From: Nageia nagi
Lineage: Eukaryota > Plantae > Pinophyta
DNA length: 64,000 bases
Assembly (NCBI GenBank): GCA_050084985.1
Contig: JBITNC010000001.1
Location: forward strand, 71,734,001-71,798,000
Direction of reading: 5' to 3'
Shown here: positions 13,600 through 27,799 of the stretch, piece after piece
Layout of the letters: the number at the start of each line of letters is the position of its first letter
Position numbering within the stretch: position 1 is the first letter of the stretch
Translations under genes and position numbers: made by a program
The notes under the pieces: model-generated
The model's database searches: none
What the model saw: only the letters and a program-made list of their open reading frames with translations
What the model was told of the DNA's origin: nothing

Positions 13600-16500
13600 G
13601 ATACTAATTGAATACTTACCATCATTAGGAGAAATGGTGAAACTTGAGGGAGATACTACTATATAAGGATTCATAGTAGTAGAACAAGCCAATTTTTTAT
13701 ATGATGTTAATTCATTTAGACCATTTGTAAGCTCATGAGAAACCTCAAAAGGAGTGATATTTGTCAATCAATTCGATACTATATTAGATAATATGATCCA
13801 ACCTTTAGTCAATCAATATTGTAATATAACCAATAAATATTTAAAAAAAAATAGTTACCATCACAACAATAAAGGAAACTACAAAAATTAACCTTGGATT
13901 GAATAAAGTAGTTATCATCGAAACTATATAATGATACTTTGAATATAAAAGAAGGGAAATCCTTTCTCACCTAGATAATATTGCATCTCATAGAATCTAT
14001 AAATTGATAGGATTAATTAGTATAAATTTATCAAAATTATTTTCACTTATCTCCATTACCTACCCTTATCAACAAGTACCCTAAGAATAAGAACCAAATC
14101 TAGAAATCTAACCTAGAGCTAGACTAATCATAGAAGAGCTCCTAGAACCTAGCAATCTAGAAATAGCTAAAATAATCATAGAGAATACAAAGAGAGTTAT
14201 AGTACCCTATATGCCCAAAATACTTAACAACATTACCTTTACCAATGTAGATCTAAATAGGAAAATACAATAAATTAAGTACTCATTCTCCCATAATTTC
14301 CCACTACCCTTCATGCCCATAGATTGTATTCAAATTTAAGAAGTTTAATAACACCTTTTAAATGATCAAAATTTGATAATAAACCACTAATACCAACAAT
14401 ATAATAAACATTAGATCCACCTTTCAAACATGTCTTCGAACTAATCAATAAATATTACTTCAACATAAACCTTTAGAGAGATCAACTAAGGACTTGTAAC
14501 TAATAGCATCGATCAAGGATAAAAAATCCAAAATCACAACACCATATATGATAATGAAATAATATACAACAACCTCAAACAATGGTAAGATCTATGAAAT
14601 TACCATTTTTACAAAAAGATACCCATGATGCAAAGGAACACTTATTCATACTAGAAAATGATTAGCTACAATGGAATGCAATAGATGAGGCTATCTTCAT
14701 AATCAAATGTATGGATACTATACAAGATGAAGTGCTACAATGGTTCATGAATTCAAGAAAGTTTCTTAGGGATAACCAACAAAAATATGACCACAAATCC
14801 TTAACTATTTCATAGAAGCTAGATTACAAAGTGTAAGTAAAATATGAGAAATGGTTATGGGACCCAAGGAAATGGTTAAGGATTATGATTGATGTTTTAA
14901 ATCAGCATAGAGATGGCTACAAGAACTAATGACTAAAAAATAAAAGGTAGAATGGTTCATTTCTAGATTATGATCTAAATTTAAAAGGGCCATGGAGAGG
15001 ATATACCCAACATACATTGATGCCCTATAAGTAGTGGTCAAAATATAATCACAACCTTAATAGATGAATACCATTAATGATGATTTATTAAATTAATTAA
15101 TGAAAATAGCAAATCAAATTGATAAATTATCAATGCAAGGAAACACCACTAATCCTCCCTATTGATAATAAATTTGGTGCAAACTCTATGTAAAGGAAGG
15201 CTATATGGTAAAGGAATTTATGATACTTAAAAAATTTAATCAAGACTATCATCAACATTGTAGAACTATGGAGATCCACACCACTAAAGACTTCCTAGTA
15301 ATAGGTATCCAAAACCAAGAAATTGATAGGCACAATTGTTATCGTATTTGCGGCTCCTAGAATCACTGAAATAACTAATGCTAAGGAAAGGAGTTCCTTA
15401 TTGATATTAAGGAAGATCTTAATTGAAATCCAAGAGCTTTCATATTCCAAACATATCAATCACCTTAACTTTATGCAATTGAGAAAGCACCAACATCATT
15501 TTTCAATGAATTGGGTATTATGTATGTACCTATTGTAGCATCTACACAACCATAACCATGTGAATAATATAATTCCTCAAATATTAGTTTTATAACCAAA
15601 GAGGTGGTCATGGAAGGGAAAAAAAAACACTAGGATGGTTATCATGGAGGTAGAGTAGGTCATCGATCATAATATTTCAACTATAATGAGTATACTCATA
15701 GACATTTTGATTACCTAAATCCAAGAGCATTCTTATACAATCAATACTGATAGATGTGAATGATCATAGCTTTGTATATTTCCCTAAATTATTTACCAAC
15801 ATGAAAAATAGAATGTTCAAAAATTATAATAATAAAAACTAAAATGTTAAAGTTGCATGTCAAGTACCATTTGCCTCAAATTCTAGAGGTACACTAGCCA
15901 AAATGAATACTTACACAAATCAAATAAACCCAATTACTATTTGAACTAGTGAAAAAAATTTAGATACACCTATAGCATGAATAACAACTTGATCAGGATA
16001 AAGAAAACTAGATTCACAGAGCCAATGATCTAGTAGATAATAATAGAACCAAAATATCCTAATCTATATAAACATTAAGATATTAGTAATATCTAATGAA
16101 TAATATGAAGAACATATCCCACTAAATAAAGGTATGGGTAAAGCATACACTAAAATACCAAACCATAATAGTGATAATGATAACAATCATGAAAGTGATT
16201 TGATGCGACTTAATGACTTATACAAAATGGATGCTAGAAAATAATTTGACATATTCCTTGATTACATCAGCTACACTAAAACAATCAACTAGTTTTTCAT
16301 ATCGGTGAGTTTGAAACTCATTCTAAGACTACTTACATGATGTGGAATTCTATAAATCATGTACTATAATCAAGATGATCCTATCTAATGAAGCTCGACC
16401 ATCAAGTTTTTCAAATTTTGAAGGATATATACCAAAAAAAATTGCTACAATTAGATGATATTGTAGAAAACATATCTCTTATTGAGTTCTCAAAAAATAT

Positions 16501-19500
16501 TATCCAAAGATTCCCCAACGAGAATAATAGAATCATTGCAATAGATGATACTCTCATAAGGATAGTGACTCAATGGTGGAACACACATAGATTAATGCTA
16601 GTCTCTTGGGACTAGATAATCTATCATATGACATTACGATTCTAAAACCCACATGCTTTAACTAATGTAATTGACAAATACCTAGGTGATACAAACCCAA
16701 AACACATATTACATGATGTGAAACAACTTGGATAAATTCAAGAAAGCTAAACCTCAATACTTGGGGCCACATATTTTAATAGATATTAGGAACTATTCCA
16801 TAAGCATGGTATATACAATAAGAATTGCTAAGAGAAATATCCAAATGGGAAGAAGTATAGGCTGAATTTATCCACATGCTCACTTTTTATGATACTCACA
16901 CACCAACTCATAAATGCTTACTTCAAATCCAAAACTTCTTGGTAACCAAACCTAACATCGCAAGAGTAATTTACTCTAAGAAAACATCACCCTCTATAAT
17001 ACCAGTAATTTTGCACCCCTTTTTAGCAATTAAAAGGGTTGCTAAAATGACAAAATGAACTGAGCTAGATGAACCTAACAAAAAAATAAAAGATCTTAAA
17101 TATAAAATAATTGAAGGTGAAAGAGAATTAATTAAAAAAAAAATCCAAATCCATGTATGATGAGGAAATAAAAATAATTAAATTGAATATTGGTATGGAA
17201 TCTGAACCTAAGATGTGTTGGAATGTATAATACATTATTGTAAAGGTTGTATTAAATCTTCTATGTAAATTCACTAATACTTAAGGGTATCATTTGATAC
17301 CTTAAGTATTTTAGTGAATGTGATAATGTAACTTATCATACACTCCATGTCATGAGCATGCCCCTTGGGTAAAAGGATGTGCATGTCATACTTTTGTACA
17401 TTGGATAAAAGGGTGATCCAAAGAGGGATTTTGTCCTATAAATAGAAGGTTCCCTCTTTGTAATCACACACCAATTATGAAGTAAATTTATGCTATAGGA
17501 TAGAAGTGTAGGAGTTGAGATTAGGAGAATTGTAAGAGAGTTTTATTTGTGATTGAAGTAAAGATCTAGTTAGTGGGTGTACTCCTAGTTGGAGGAACCA
17601 CTTTTACATCTTGAGTTACTTTGTTAGATTATCTTATGTGTGAGTTTGTTAGATGTGAATTTGAGAGCTTTCATGTTATCTTGGTTGATTATGAATTATC
17701 TTGTTAGTGTTAGTTCCTTCAAGATGGCTATAATAGGAGATTATTGGATCAAGGCATAAGTAAAGAACATCTTCAAGATCTTATTCAAATATTAAGACCT
17801 CTTCCCATGGAATATGATGGAGCTAAGGGGATGAATGAATAAATTGGTACCATAAAAATAGAGACCATACAAACTAAATTTGAACTATTAAACCCAAGCA
17901 AAGGAAGCATTAGTTAAAATTATCAAAATAAGAATCATCTGACCAGTTGATAATATTTACTGCATTAGCCTAATGCTAATTCAACATAAAAATTCCTATG
18001 AGTTGCAAATTTGTGTTGATTTTAGAGAACTCAATAAACTATATGAACATGACCCATTTCCTACACCATTTATGGAAGAGACATTAGAAAATGTAGTTGG
18101 TAATGAAGTTTACTTGTTTATAGATAGATTTTTCAGGTATCACCAAGTGCAAATCGCCAAAGATGATCAACCAAAAACTACCTTTACAATAAAATGAGGA
18201 TCACTAATGTATAATATCATGTGGTTTGGACTTAAAAATTCATTTGTAGTATTCTCATGATTTATGATTCAAGCATTTAAGGATTTTATTTATTATTTCT
18301 TGAAAGTATACCTAGATGATTGGATTGTATACAGTATGATGTTGAACCATACCCAAGCATTACAGCTTATGTTCAAAAGATGCAAGCAAATTCAAATATC
18401 ATTTAACCTAAAAAGTGTTTATTCACTATATCGTATGGATTATTATTGGGTTATATTATCTACAAAGAGGGACTAATGGTAGATCATAATTCCTTTAAAT
18501 ATATTATCACCTAAAATTGTTAAATAAATATGAAGATTTATTAGATCAACAAGATACTATAGGAATTTTATCAAAAAGTATGTAACCTCAATCACTCCTA
18601 TTGATTACTTAACCAAGAAAATAAACCCTTCTAATGGTCCCAAAAATACCAAGAAAATTTTTATCTATTAAAATAAAAACCATCAAAAGCTCCAATATTA
18701 ATATTTCTAGATTGATTGAAATAAGTTCACATACATGTGGATATTAGCATATAGGCAATTGGTATAGTACTCGCTCATCCTGACAATGGAAATATCAATC
18801 ATACTATTTATTTTACTAGTTAAAAAATAGTGGATGCAAAAAAAAGTATATTGTAATAGAGCAAGAATCATTGACCATGGTATATGCTCTTCAAAAATAT
18901 AGATACCATTTACTAGTAATAATGTTTATTTTCCTCATAAATAATGAAGCCCTATGTTATCTTTTAAACAAACTAGTCATCCAAGGATGAATTTGTTAGT
19001 GGTAACTATTATTCCAAGAATTTCAATTTAAATTCATCATCAAACTAATATATTTAAACTCAGCCCCTAACATGCTACCAATAATTGATAATGGCAAAAC
19101 TTCCAAAATTAATGATAATTTATGAGGTGTACACCTATTCAAATTCGAAGCAATCTCTAATTATTTGGAAGAAATAATAGCCTTTTTAACTTCAAGTCAA
19201 TTTCTAGAAGGATTCTTGACCAAAGAATAATGAAAAATACTAATCAAAATAATTCTATATATTCTCATATCAGATGAACTATATAAAATTAAAATGGATG
19301 AGGTAATTTGCTACTTGGTACTTCCCCATGAACGTGAAGATATCCTAAAATAAGCATATGAAGAACTTAGTGATGGATATTTCAGTGAGGACCTCACCAT
19401 CAAGAAATTTCTACAAGTTAGACTATGGTGGCCCACACTACATCGCTATGTATATCTATAGACCAAGAGCTATGACATCTTCCAAATAATTAGTCAACCA

Positions 19501-22500
19501 TCATCATGTGACAAGTTGCCCCTTAAACTGGTATTACCATTACTTCTATTTGAAAAGTAGGTGATCAAATTAGTTTTCCTAATATCCCCACTATCACATA
19601 AATTTGAGGCACAATATATTATCATAAAATTAGAATACCTTACTATATAGGTAGAAGTAGTGGCAATCAAGGATTGTATAACTCAAACTGCAATAAAATT
19701 AATCTATGAAAACATAATCACTAGGTTTGTATGCCCTAAATATATTACAAGTGATCATGGGAAATATTTTTTCAATCATACTATTAAAGAATTGCTCATC
19801 AAGTTTATGATTTAGCATGGCTAGAGTTCACTGTATCACCCATAAGAAAATGGTGTAATTGAAGCTACCAACAAAATACTTGAAAGAAGTTTAACAAAAA
19901 TAGTTTTTGTATGACAGTCAGATTGGGAAGAAAAGTTACCAATATTACTTTGGTCATATAGAATGATTTGTAAAATATTAAATAAAAATATACCCTTTCA
20001 TTTAGTATACAAGCTCAAAGTCATAGTCCCTATTGAATTTCAAGTCCCATCATTGTTAATCACTATGGCAATGTATCTCAATGATCATCAATCATTACAA
20101 GAATGACTATTTACCCTCAATAAATTAGATGAAAATTGACAACTCATGCTATACAACAAAATCCAAGAAAAAATTGATAAAAAAATATGGCAAGATAAAT
20201 ACATCAAAAATCCATGATTCAAAGTAGGGGATCAAGTCCTCTTATATGATAGTAGATATAAATATCGACCATGGAACTTAAAATTTGATGGCTAGACCCA
20301 TATATAATACAAAGTATAAAAGAAAAAATAAAAATATAATTACAAATATTGGATGACCAAATTTATCAAGGATTTGTAAATGATCACATAATGAAGAAAT
20401 ACATTTCTTATCAAGAGTAGAGATCATTCCAATAATCAGATTACAATATCAAAACATGTATTATATTATTAGTAGTAGACATAGGAATAAATAGCATAAA
20501 TAGTAGAGATATATCTAAATCAAAGTGTTCAAAATATATTAACACTTCATTATAATTACTATTGATTCCAAGGAATATTAAGCTAGAGAAAGTTATTTAC
20601 AGTAAAAATTCCTAGCTATAAAATGATAAAAATGGATGAAAAGTTTCTATATGTATTTATAAGTCAAAAAGTGATATCTATAATAGTAACTACATTAGAC
20701 ATCCTATCACTAATGCTAACTATGAGCACTATGATATCTAGGTGGTAAATTCTAAATAGAATTAAAATATACCCTCTATGAGAGAAATAATAGATTTGTA
20801 GCAACCTTCTCCATGTCTATCATCTCTCGAGCCAATAATCTTCATTCTACAACCACTTGAAGTATCTCCTCCAACTTGTCATAACTAAATCTATCACCTT
20901 TTCTTAGTTACACCACTTCCGCATCCACATCCATAATTTAGACCATGCTCAATTCACAAAATAGTTAAAATGCAAAAAATCATATGAAGAATTTACCAAT
21001 CCACGCACCAATTTATAGCCATAACCATCAAAATACAATTGATTATGATATCATCATCTTCATTAAATTTATGCCATCCCACTAATATTCATTCAAGCTA
21101 AAAATAAATCACATATTAAAAACTAAATAATTCATGAAACTATAAAAAAAGTAACTATACATGAGGTGGTATATTTAGCAAAAATTGAGATATTTTGAAT
21201 GAGTGAGGTACACTTTCCCACACATACATATTAAAATTGAGCAACTTGGGCTCAACCGATAAGAACTATACATAATCTAAATAAATACACTTGGTACCAC
21301 CAATACAAAGAAATTAATGATCTTTGATAGGTACTAAATACTATTGAATACCACTTGGATTCGCATGCAAAAACACTTACTTGAATAGCCTTATAAATTA
21401 TACCATCCCACATCAAACAACCACAAAATACAACAAATAGAGATCAAGAAGGAAACAATGATAAATCTATCACTTAGCCAAGAAGAAAATATGGCATTGA
21501 AATGGAAGGATCCTCCTCTAGTACAAGTATTTATGGAATAACAACTCATGTATCATTTTATGGGAGTACCAAAAGGGGTGTTGGGCATCAAATAATCCAT
21601 GGAGTATATACATACTATCAAGCTAATTGATTCATACATATATAAGGTATATGTATATATGAATAACTTCACATCAAATGAATTTGAAATGTTTAAGAGC
21701 ATAGAGTTACAAAACCTAGTGGATATGCTGTGATTTTGTAGCTATGGGAAGATCATAAATTTATCTACAATTGGTATCATTAAAATAAGCTTTAGCTTAA
21801 CAAACCATACAAGATTAAAATGGAGATCATGGAGAAAATAACTAGGTTGAACTAAATGAGAGAAAATCATTTCCATCTAACACACATGAGGAATCCTATA
21901 AATTCTACATAGGTAGAGCTTCTCATGAGGGTAAGGATAAACACCAAAGCCATGGAGTTGAGCTCAATTGTGCTAACTTATGATAGAGCCATAACAATTG
22001 TCATCACCCAATGATTATATTTAAATAATAATCATAATAATATCACCACAACATAATGTTACATGTCATACAACATCATGAGTGGTTGAATCCAGTAGCA
22101 TCTCATTGATATCTATCTTGACTAGATGCAATAGAATGATAAAGCAATAAATTGCACTACCAATAAAAATATTTTCTTTAAATATGGCTTATTTTTAGTT
22201 TTAGATGTAAATTATTTCTTAAAAAGACTATAATTTGAATGATCAATAACATCCTAACATGGGAAAGGAATGAAAGGGAAGAAATTGGTTAGCATAATAG
22301 AAAGGTATGCTATTAATACTTCATGACCTTTTATTAAAGCATATAACAAACTCAGTATCCATAACACAAACACTACATAATGGCTAAAGGATATAAATAG
22401 TTTATTCAAGGGCATACATGATTCTTGAGAGAGCCCTCATCAAACTTAATAACATCAATGATAAAATCTACATGGTAGCAAAAAAAAATACAATCCTCAT

Positions 22501-25145
22501 CAGAAGAAAATATCTAGCCCTATATTTCATCAATATGTAGCTCCCATATTAGGTTGATTTCAAATACTATTAAGATATCATATAATCCATAAATAAGTAT
22601 AAATATAACAATATTGGGTTATAAAATAAACCATTTAATAGAATTCAAGTTGAATCCTAAGAGATATATTCATCACCACCTTCAAATTATGCATCAAAAA
22701 GGAGATAGCAAAAATCATTGATTAAATCATTGAATGACATCCCATTGTAAATACGATGAAGGATATAATATAATGTAACTAGAAGGGGATGCAATAGCCA
22801 TATTACACATCAAATTTCAAATAATGCTCCCAAATTGATGTCCACTACCAACTCAAGTCCAAACCTACATAATAAATAATCTACTAATATTAGAAGCACC
22901 ATTTTCCCCACATCTAAATATGATATCAATAGCATCAACTATGATCCCTCAACCATTATTGGTTCAAGGAAGTCTTAACCCTTCCATTCCCATTCCTATC
23001 TTGCAAATATCTTCAACCTTTCCTTTTGTTAGCACTATCGATTCCACTCCATAACCCAGATTAATATACCCTCAAGTAGTCAATAACCAACAAAAATCTT
23101 TGAACTCAAGCTACCCTGGAATCTTACCATACATCCATTTATACTTTTATTTAACCAAATAAAATCCTAATTCTTGATGCGTACCTTGTACAAACCCAAT
23201 TCCATACCTTAGCATACATCAGTCACTTCTCCTTATTATACCACTTCTTAATGAGAAATGTGCTTGACTACAATATTAAAAAATTTCATTACACTCAAGA
23301 ACTCTAACACTAGGACCTTAAAAAATGGTTGATTCACTTTTTCATCAACTCTAACAATATGTTTTATATCCTTCCATCCCACCAATAAAATTGATCTATC
23401 AAATAAACTAATTTTTCTCAGCCCTAATAGCCAAAATAATCCAACCAATCTACAACCTAAATCTCTTGATCATTATACAAGAGAAAGTTCCATCCTTGGA
23501 AATCCAACCCAATAACACTCCTTCTCAACAACTTGAAGTAGAAATCATGTACCATCAATATATGATCAACCAAATCAAATAGTAGAGTTAGATAGAGATT
23601 GAGAAATTAATGATAGCCTAAAGGGAGGATATTAAACAATACAAGGCCAAAATTGATCAAATCAAAGAGCACTAATCAAACAATGGACACCAAATAGATA
23701 TCGATCATATATTAGCACAACATGAAGAGGATTTAAACAAACTATGACTTCTCCAAGAAAAAGAACTCACTACACATAAATAACATTGGAAAAGGAGACT
23801 AATCAACTAAAATTTGAAAAGAAAGCAATGGAATAAATACTCTAGAAAGCATAGGAAAAACATGAACAAGATTTAGAACAATGCCATTAGCTTTAGGAGG
23901 AAATTTATAGACTACAAAAATAGATTGAATGGTTGAAGGAGATGAAAGCAAAAATATATTGACTAAATAAAGAGATAGCAAAGGTAACTAAGTTGCAATC
24001 ATAGTTAGATCAACTTCACCACCAAAAATATGAATAATTTACACATAATAAGGAAGCCCTTCAATATTATATAACTTCCATTCAATTTGACTTCAAAAAC
24101 TATAAAGCCATCTACAATTATGATCAAAACTTCATAAATATACAACACTTGGTGGAAACTATAGATATTTATCAATAGATCAAAATTTATGAAATTACTA
24201 AAATAGATCAAAACAAATGTTGGATTTAAAGGCTCTAAAAGAGGAAAGAATCACAATGGTTTGAAATGCTATTAGGAAATTTTCTATAAAACATAGTTGG
24301 CTTATATGGAATTTCTATTGAATGAATAAATAAAAGACACTTCTCAGGTGATATAGGTCAAAATCCAACATAGCATAATTTACAACACATCAAGCATGAT
24401 ATTAATGTTTGGATCCTTTAGCAGATAATCTATTTAGCACAACCTTAATTTGGCTTATGTGATCCACTACCTACCACTTTGGCTCAAATACAATAATAAC
24501 TCTAACCATTACCTCAAGACCACCACACCATAAATGTAGTAGAAGAGAATTGGTTTTTCCCTTGGTATAAACTAAATGTGTAAATGTACCAAGTGATTAC
24601 TATATACCATAAAAAAGGCTAAGCCACGTTTTGGTCTATTCTATATGAATTTATGTTGAAAATGAATAAACGAAAAGAAGGTATGTTGTGTCGAATTTTA
24701 GTGTTATGAATATGTGAAAAAATATAATTAAAGTAATAATACAAGGAAGAAAAATATGGATAGAAAGAAAAAACTCAAGGTCTCTTTCCAAAAATAGTAA
24801 GAAGTTATAATAGTTAAAAAGATAACTTTAGGACGGTTAAAAAATAGAAAAACTAAAAAATAATAGTTAAGAAACCACATATAAAAGAAAAAAAGTGAAG
24901 ACTTTATTAGGAAACATATCTTATGTTAAGGAATACATCATCTATCCTAGTACATATAAAATGGATCATAGATTATATTATGATTTTTATAATAAATTTC
25001 ACTATCCCATGTAGTTGTTCTAATGCATAGAGATTGATGTCAATAATTTTCTGAAGACCTCTTACTTAATCATAAGTTTGATTATTTAGATAACCTATCA
25101 ACTTAAAGTAGATAACTGAGAGATGATTATAAAGGGAGATAATTT
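13600..25145 (+). mobile_element. Degenerate non-chromovirus Ty3/Gypsy internal region (gag-pol plus long post-integrase region)
   Basis: gag remnants at about 14600-15050; RT LQICVDFRELNK..DPFPTPF..RYHQVQIAKDDQPKTTF (17973-18197) and FLKVYLDDW (18264-18476); RNase H and integrase (GLWWPTL) to about 20420; possible PPT AAAGGGAGA near 25131. Confidence 0.8.
17216..17721 (+). mobile_element. Solo LTR (506 bp) inserted in Gypsy pol
   Basis: TGTTGGAA...TTCCTTCA termini; TSD AGATG at 17211-17215 and 17722-17726; CCTATAAATAG near 17436; removing it restores the frame ..NIGMESEPK-MAIIGDYW.. Confidence 0.92.
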
Positions 25146-25157
25146 GACCATTGTAGT

Positions 25158-25798
25158 TATAAATGCCTAAAAATGAATTATTATTTATTAAATAATTCAT
25201 TTTATAGCATTAAGGAATATTTATTGTAAAGAGGGTTAAAATATACCCAAGGCAATGTAATCAATGTAATAGACCATGGTATAATGTAAAAGGTGTCGAA
25301 TATCAAGAAATACACCATAAATAATATAAGGTTTAATGATCCCAATAATCAAAGAAGATCAAAGATTTAAAATGTTGCTATAAAAGAATATCAAAGGTAA
25401 CATAAATGATATCGATCAATATTAGTAAAAATCTTGAGAGAGAGATTAGAACATGCAATATCAATTGATCCAACAAAATAAAGGTGTTTTGTAACATCAC
25501 CTCTACATATATTTTCTATACCCTTCTTCCTAATCTTATATATTTCAATTTCTATGTGTGGATCTACATCTTTTATGCCGCTAGCAGCATGCTCTTAGGT
25601 CATTGGCAATGTTCATTTCTTATGGTTTATTACTTTGATTGATGAATGATTCTCGTTGTTTTAGTTGAATGTAGATATAAAAAAGGTAAATTATTTATCA
25701 TATTCATTTGATGTCATATTTCTTATATATGATTCTATATTACATTATAGATAAATAGTACATCAACTTATTATTCAGGCATTATTTTTAAGTCTACA
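25158..25798 (+). repeat. LTR of Ogre/Tat-like type
   Basis: Starts TATAAATGCCTAAAAATG (decayed TGTAGA.GCCTAA, similar to the start at 31645), ends ATTTTTAAGTCTACA, internal CTATAAAAG. Confidence 0.55.
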
Positions 25799-27799
25799 AT
25801 AGTGGATACTCATAAGATATTCTAAGACATGAATGGGAGTTTGTTAAATTATGGTTACCTTTTGCATGTTCACCTTATGAAATTCCCAAAGTATGGTTGA
25901 AATATGCCTCAAGATGGAAAAATCAAAATCTCTCTTAATAATTAGTTTGGAGTCCAATTGTAACTGAATTTGTGTTAGGATATGTATTGCAATGATTATT
26001 GTACATAAGGATAGTATTTGATTACATTGAATACTTTATAATACAATATTAAATTGAAATAACTACCCCAAAATTATATCAATTATAGAGGATGCAAATC
26101 CAACGTTGAGTCAGAAGAATCTAATGATCGAGAAGGATTCACAAAAAAATAATACTTTTTGAATGAAATGGATTTAAACTCAAATACTTTTGCATTTTAT
26201 TTGATTTAAGCTCAAATAAAATGCAAAAGTGGGTATCTAGATATATTCACTTATGCTATCAAAGGAGGTATATAACTCAATGAAAAATTAGAATTCCTTC
26301 TTCCTAATTCATTTGCTCAAATTGCACACTTCTGATTTATGCTTCTAATATTTGCTCCAAGACTGTTTGAAGGGTTTGAAAGTTAGGGTTTGAAATATAT
26401 TTAAGGGTTACATGCTTTTTAAGGATCTCTTATGACTACAAGATCAAGATATTCATGTTACAATCCTTGTTGTAATATTCTTGTAGTAAATCTCACTTTA
26501 CATTTCAAATATACTTATATATTCAAGGTTTTTGCAAGTTTAAAGATACTTGTACAATGGAAAATGTTGTGATGATCCACATTTATATCCTATAATTAAT
26601 TTTTGTGTTTTTAGTATTTTTTTAAGGCTAAATTCATCTTAAGTTGCATTTCCATAATAGAATCTTCAATTTGAATCCATACAAGCATTAGTACATGGTT
26701 TAAACTTACTCTTGTGGGTATCCTTGGATCTCATATATACAAGGATCTTTAAAGATATTTCAATTTCATAAGTTTTGAGCTTTTATAGGGTTTGAAGCAC
26801 TAAATTTCATACTTTTCCATCAATACATGTAAAGATCCAACTAAATTATTTAAATACACCACACAAATTGGTCAAACATCATTTAGGCATAAGAATTTGC
26901 ACAATAGGAATTATATATTTCATTATCTTCATTGATTTGGGGACTAGGGGGATCACATTACAATTTGGAGTGAGGGAACTCACTCCAAGCTCATCTATGT
27001 GCCTTAAGGGGCCTATATTGGAGGTCCCCCTACCCACATTATATGCATTTAGGTCTCTTCATAATTCTTGCCAGTTTTTTAAGCATTCTTTAAATTTTTA
27101 GTCATATCTTTACTACCATTCTTATCTAATTCTAATTAAGTAAAGCATATTTATGTATACTTGAAGTTTATATATGAAACTAACTTTTTTAAGCATTTTA
27201 GTCCATAATAAGCTTAAATTTTGGGCTACATTAAATGTTGAACCTAACATGAAGACCAACTTCAAAATGAAACATGTATTATAGTGTATTTTTTATATTC
27301 TCTATTTTATGCATTTTTACATTTTTTTATGATTACTTTAGTGTCTTACTAGCTTGATATACTTCAAATTGTCCATAGATTATTTCTTGAAAGTTTGTAA
27401 AATTTTAGGATGTGGACGATGTAGGAATTTTTGTAAGGCATCCATGTTGTGCATTTCCTAGGATAGAAAAGAAAAATAAAGTGCAATGTATTTTTGTAAT
27501 TAGTAATTAATCATTTTAAGTGTATATTATAGTGTTTTAAGCTCATTTACTAGGAAAAACTTAGGCATGTTGTTAATATTAAAATTGTTGTCAAAACGTT
27601 GTAGGTTTTTGCACTATATTTAGTGTGTTATTTATCACTATATTCATATTATATTTATGATTTGTTATTTATATATTATATTAATTATTCCCCTTTAATA
27701 GTAAATTAATGAAATTAATACAATCATAAGTTAATTAAAATATACATGCATAAAAATTAAAAAATTCATACATAACTATGTGTGTGTATCATGAAAAAG

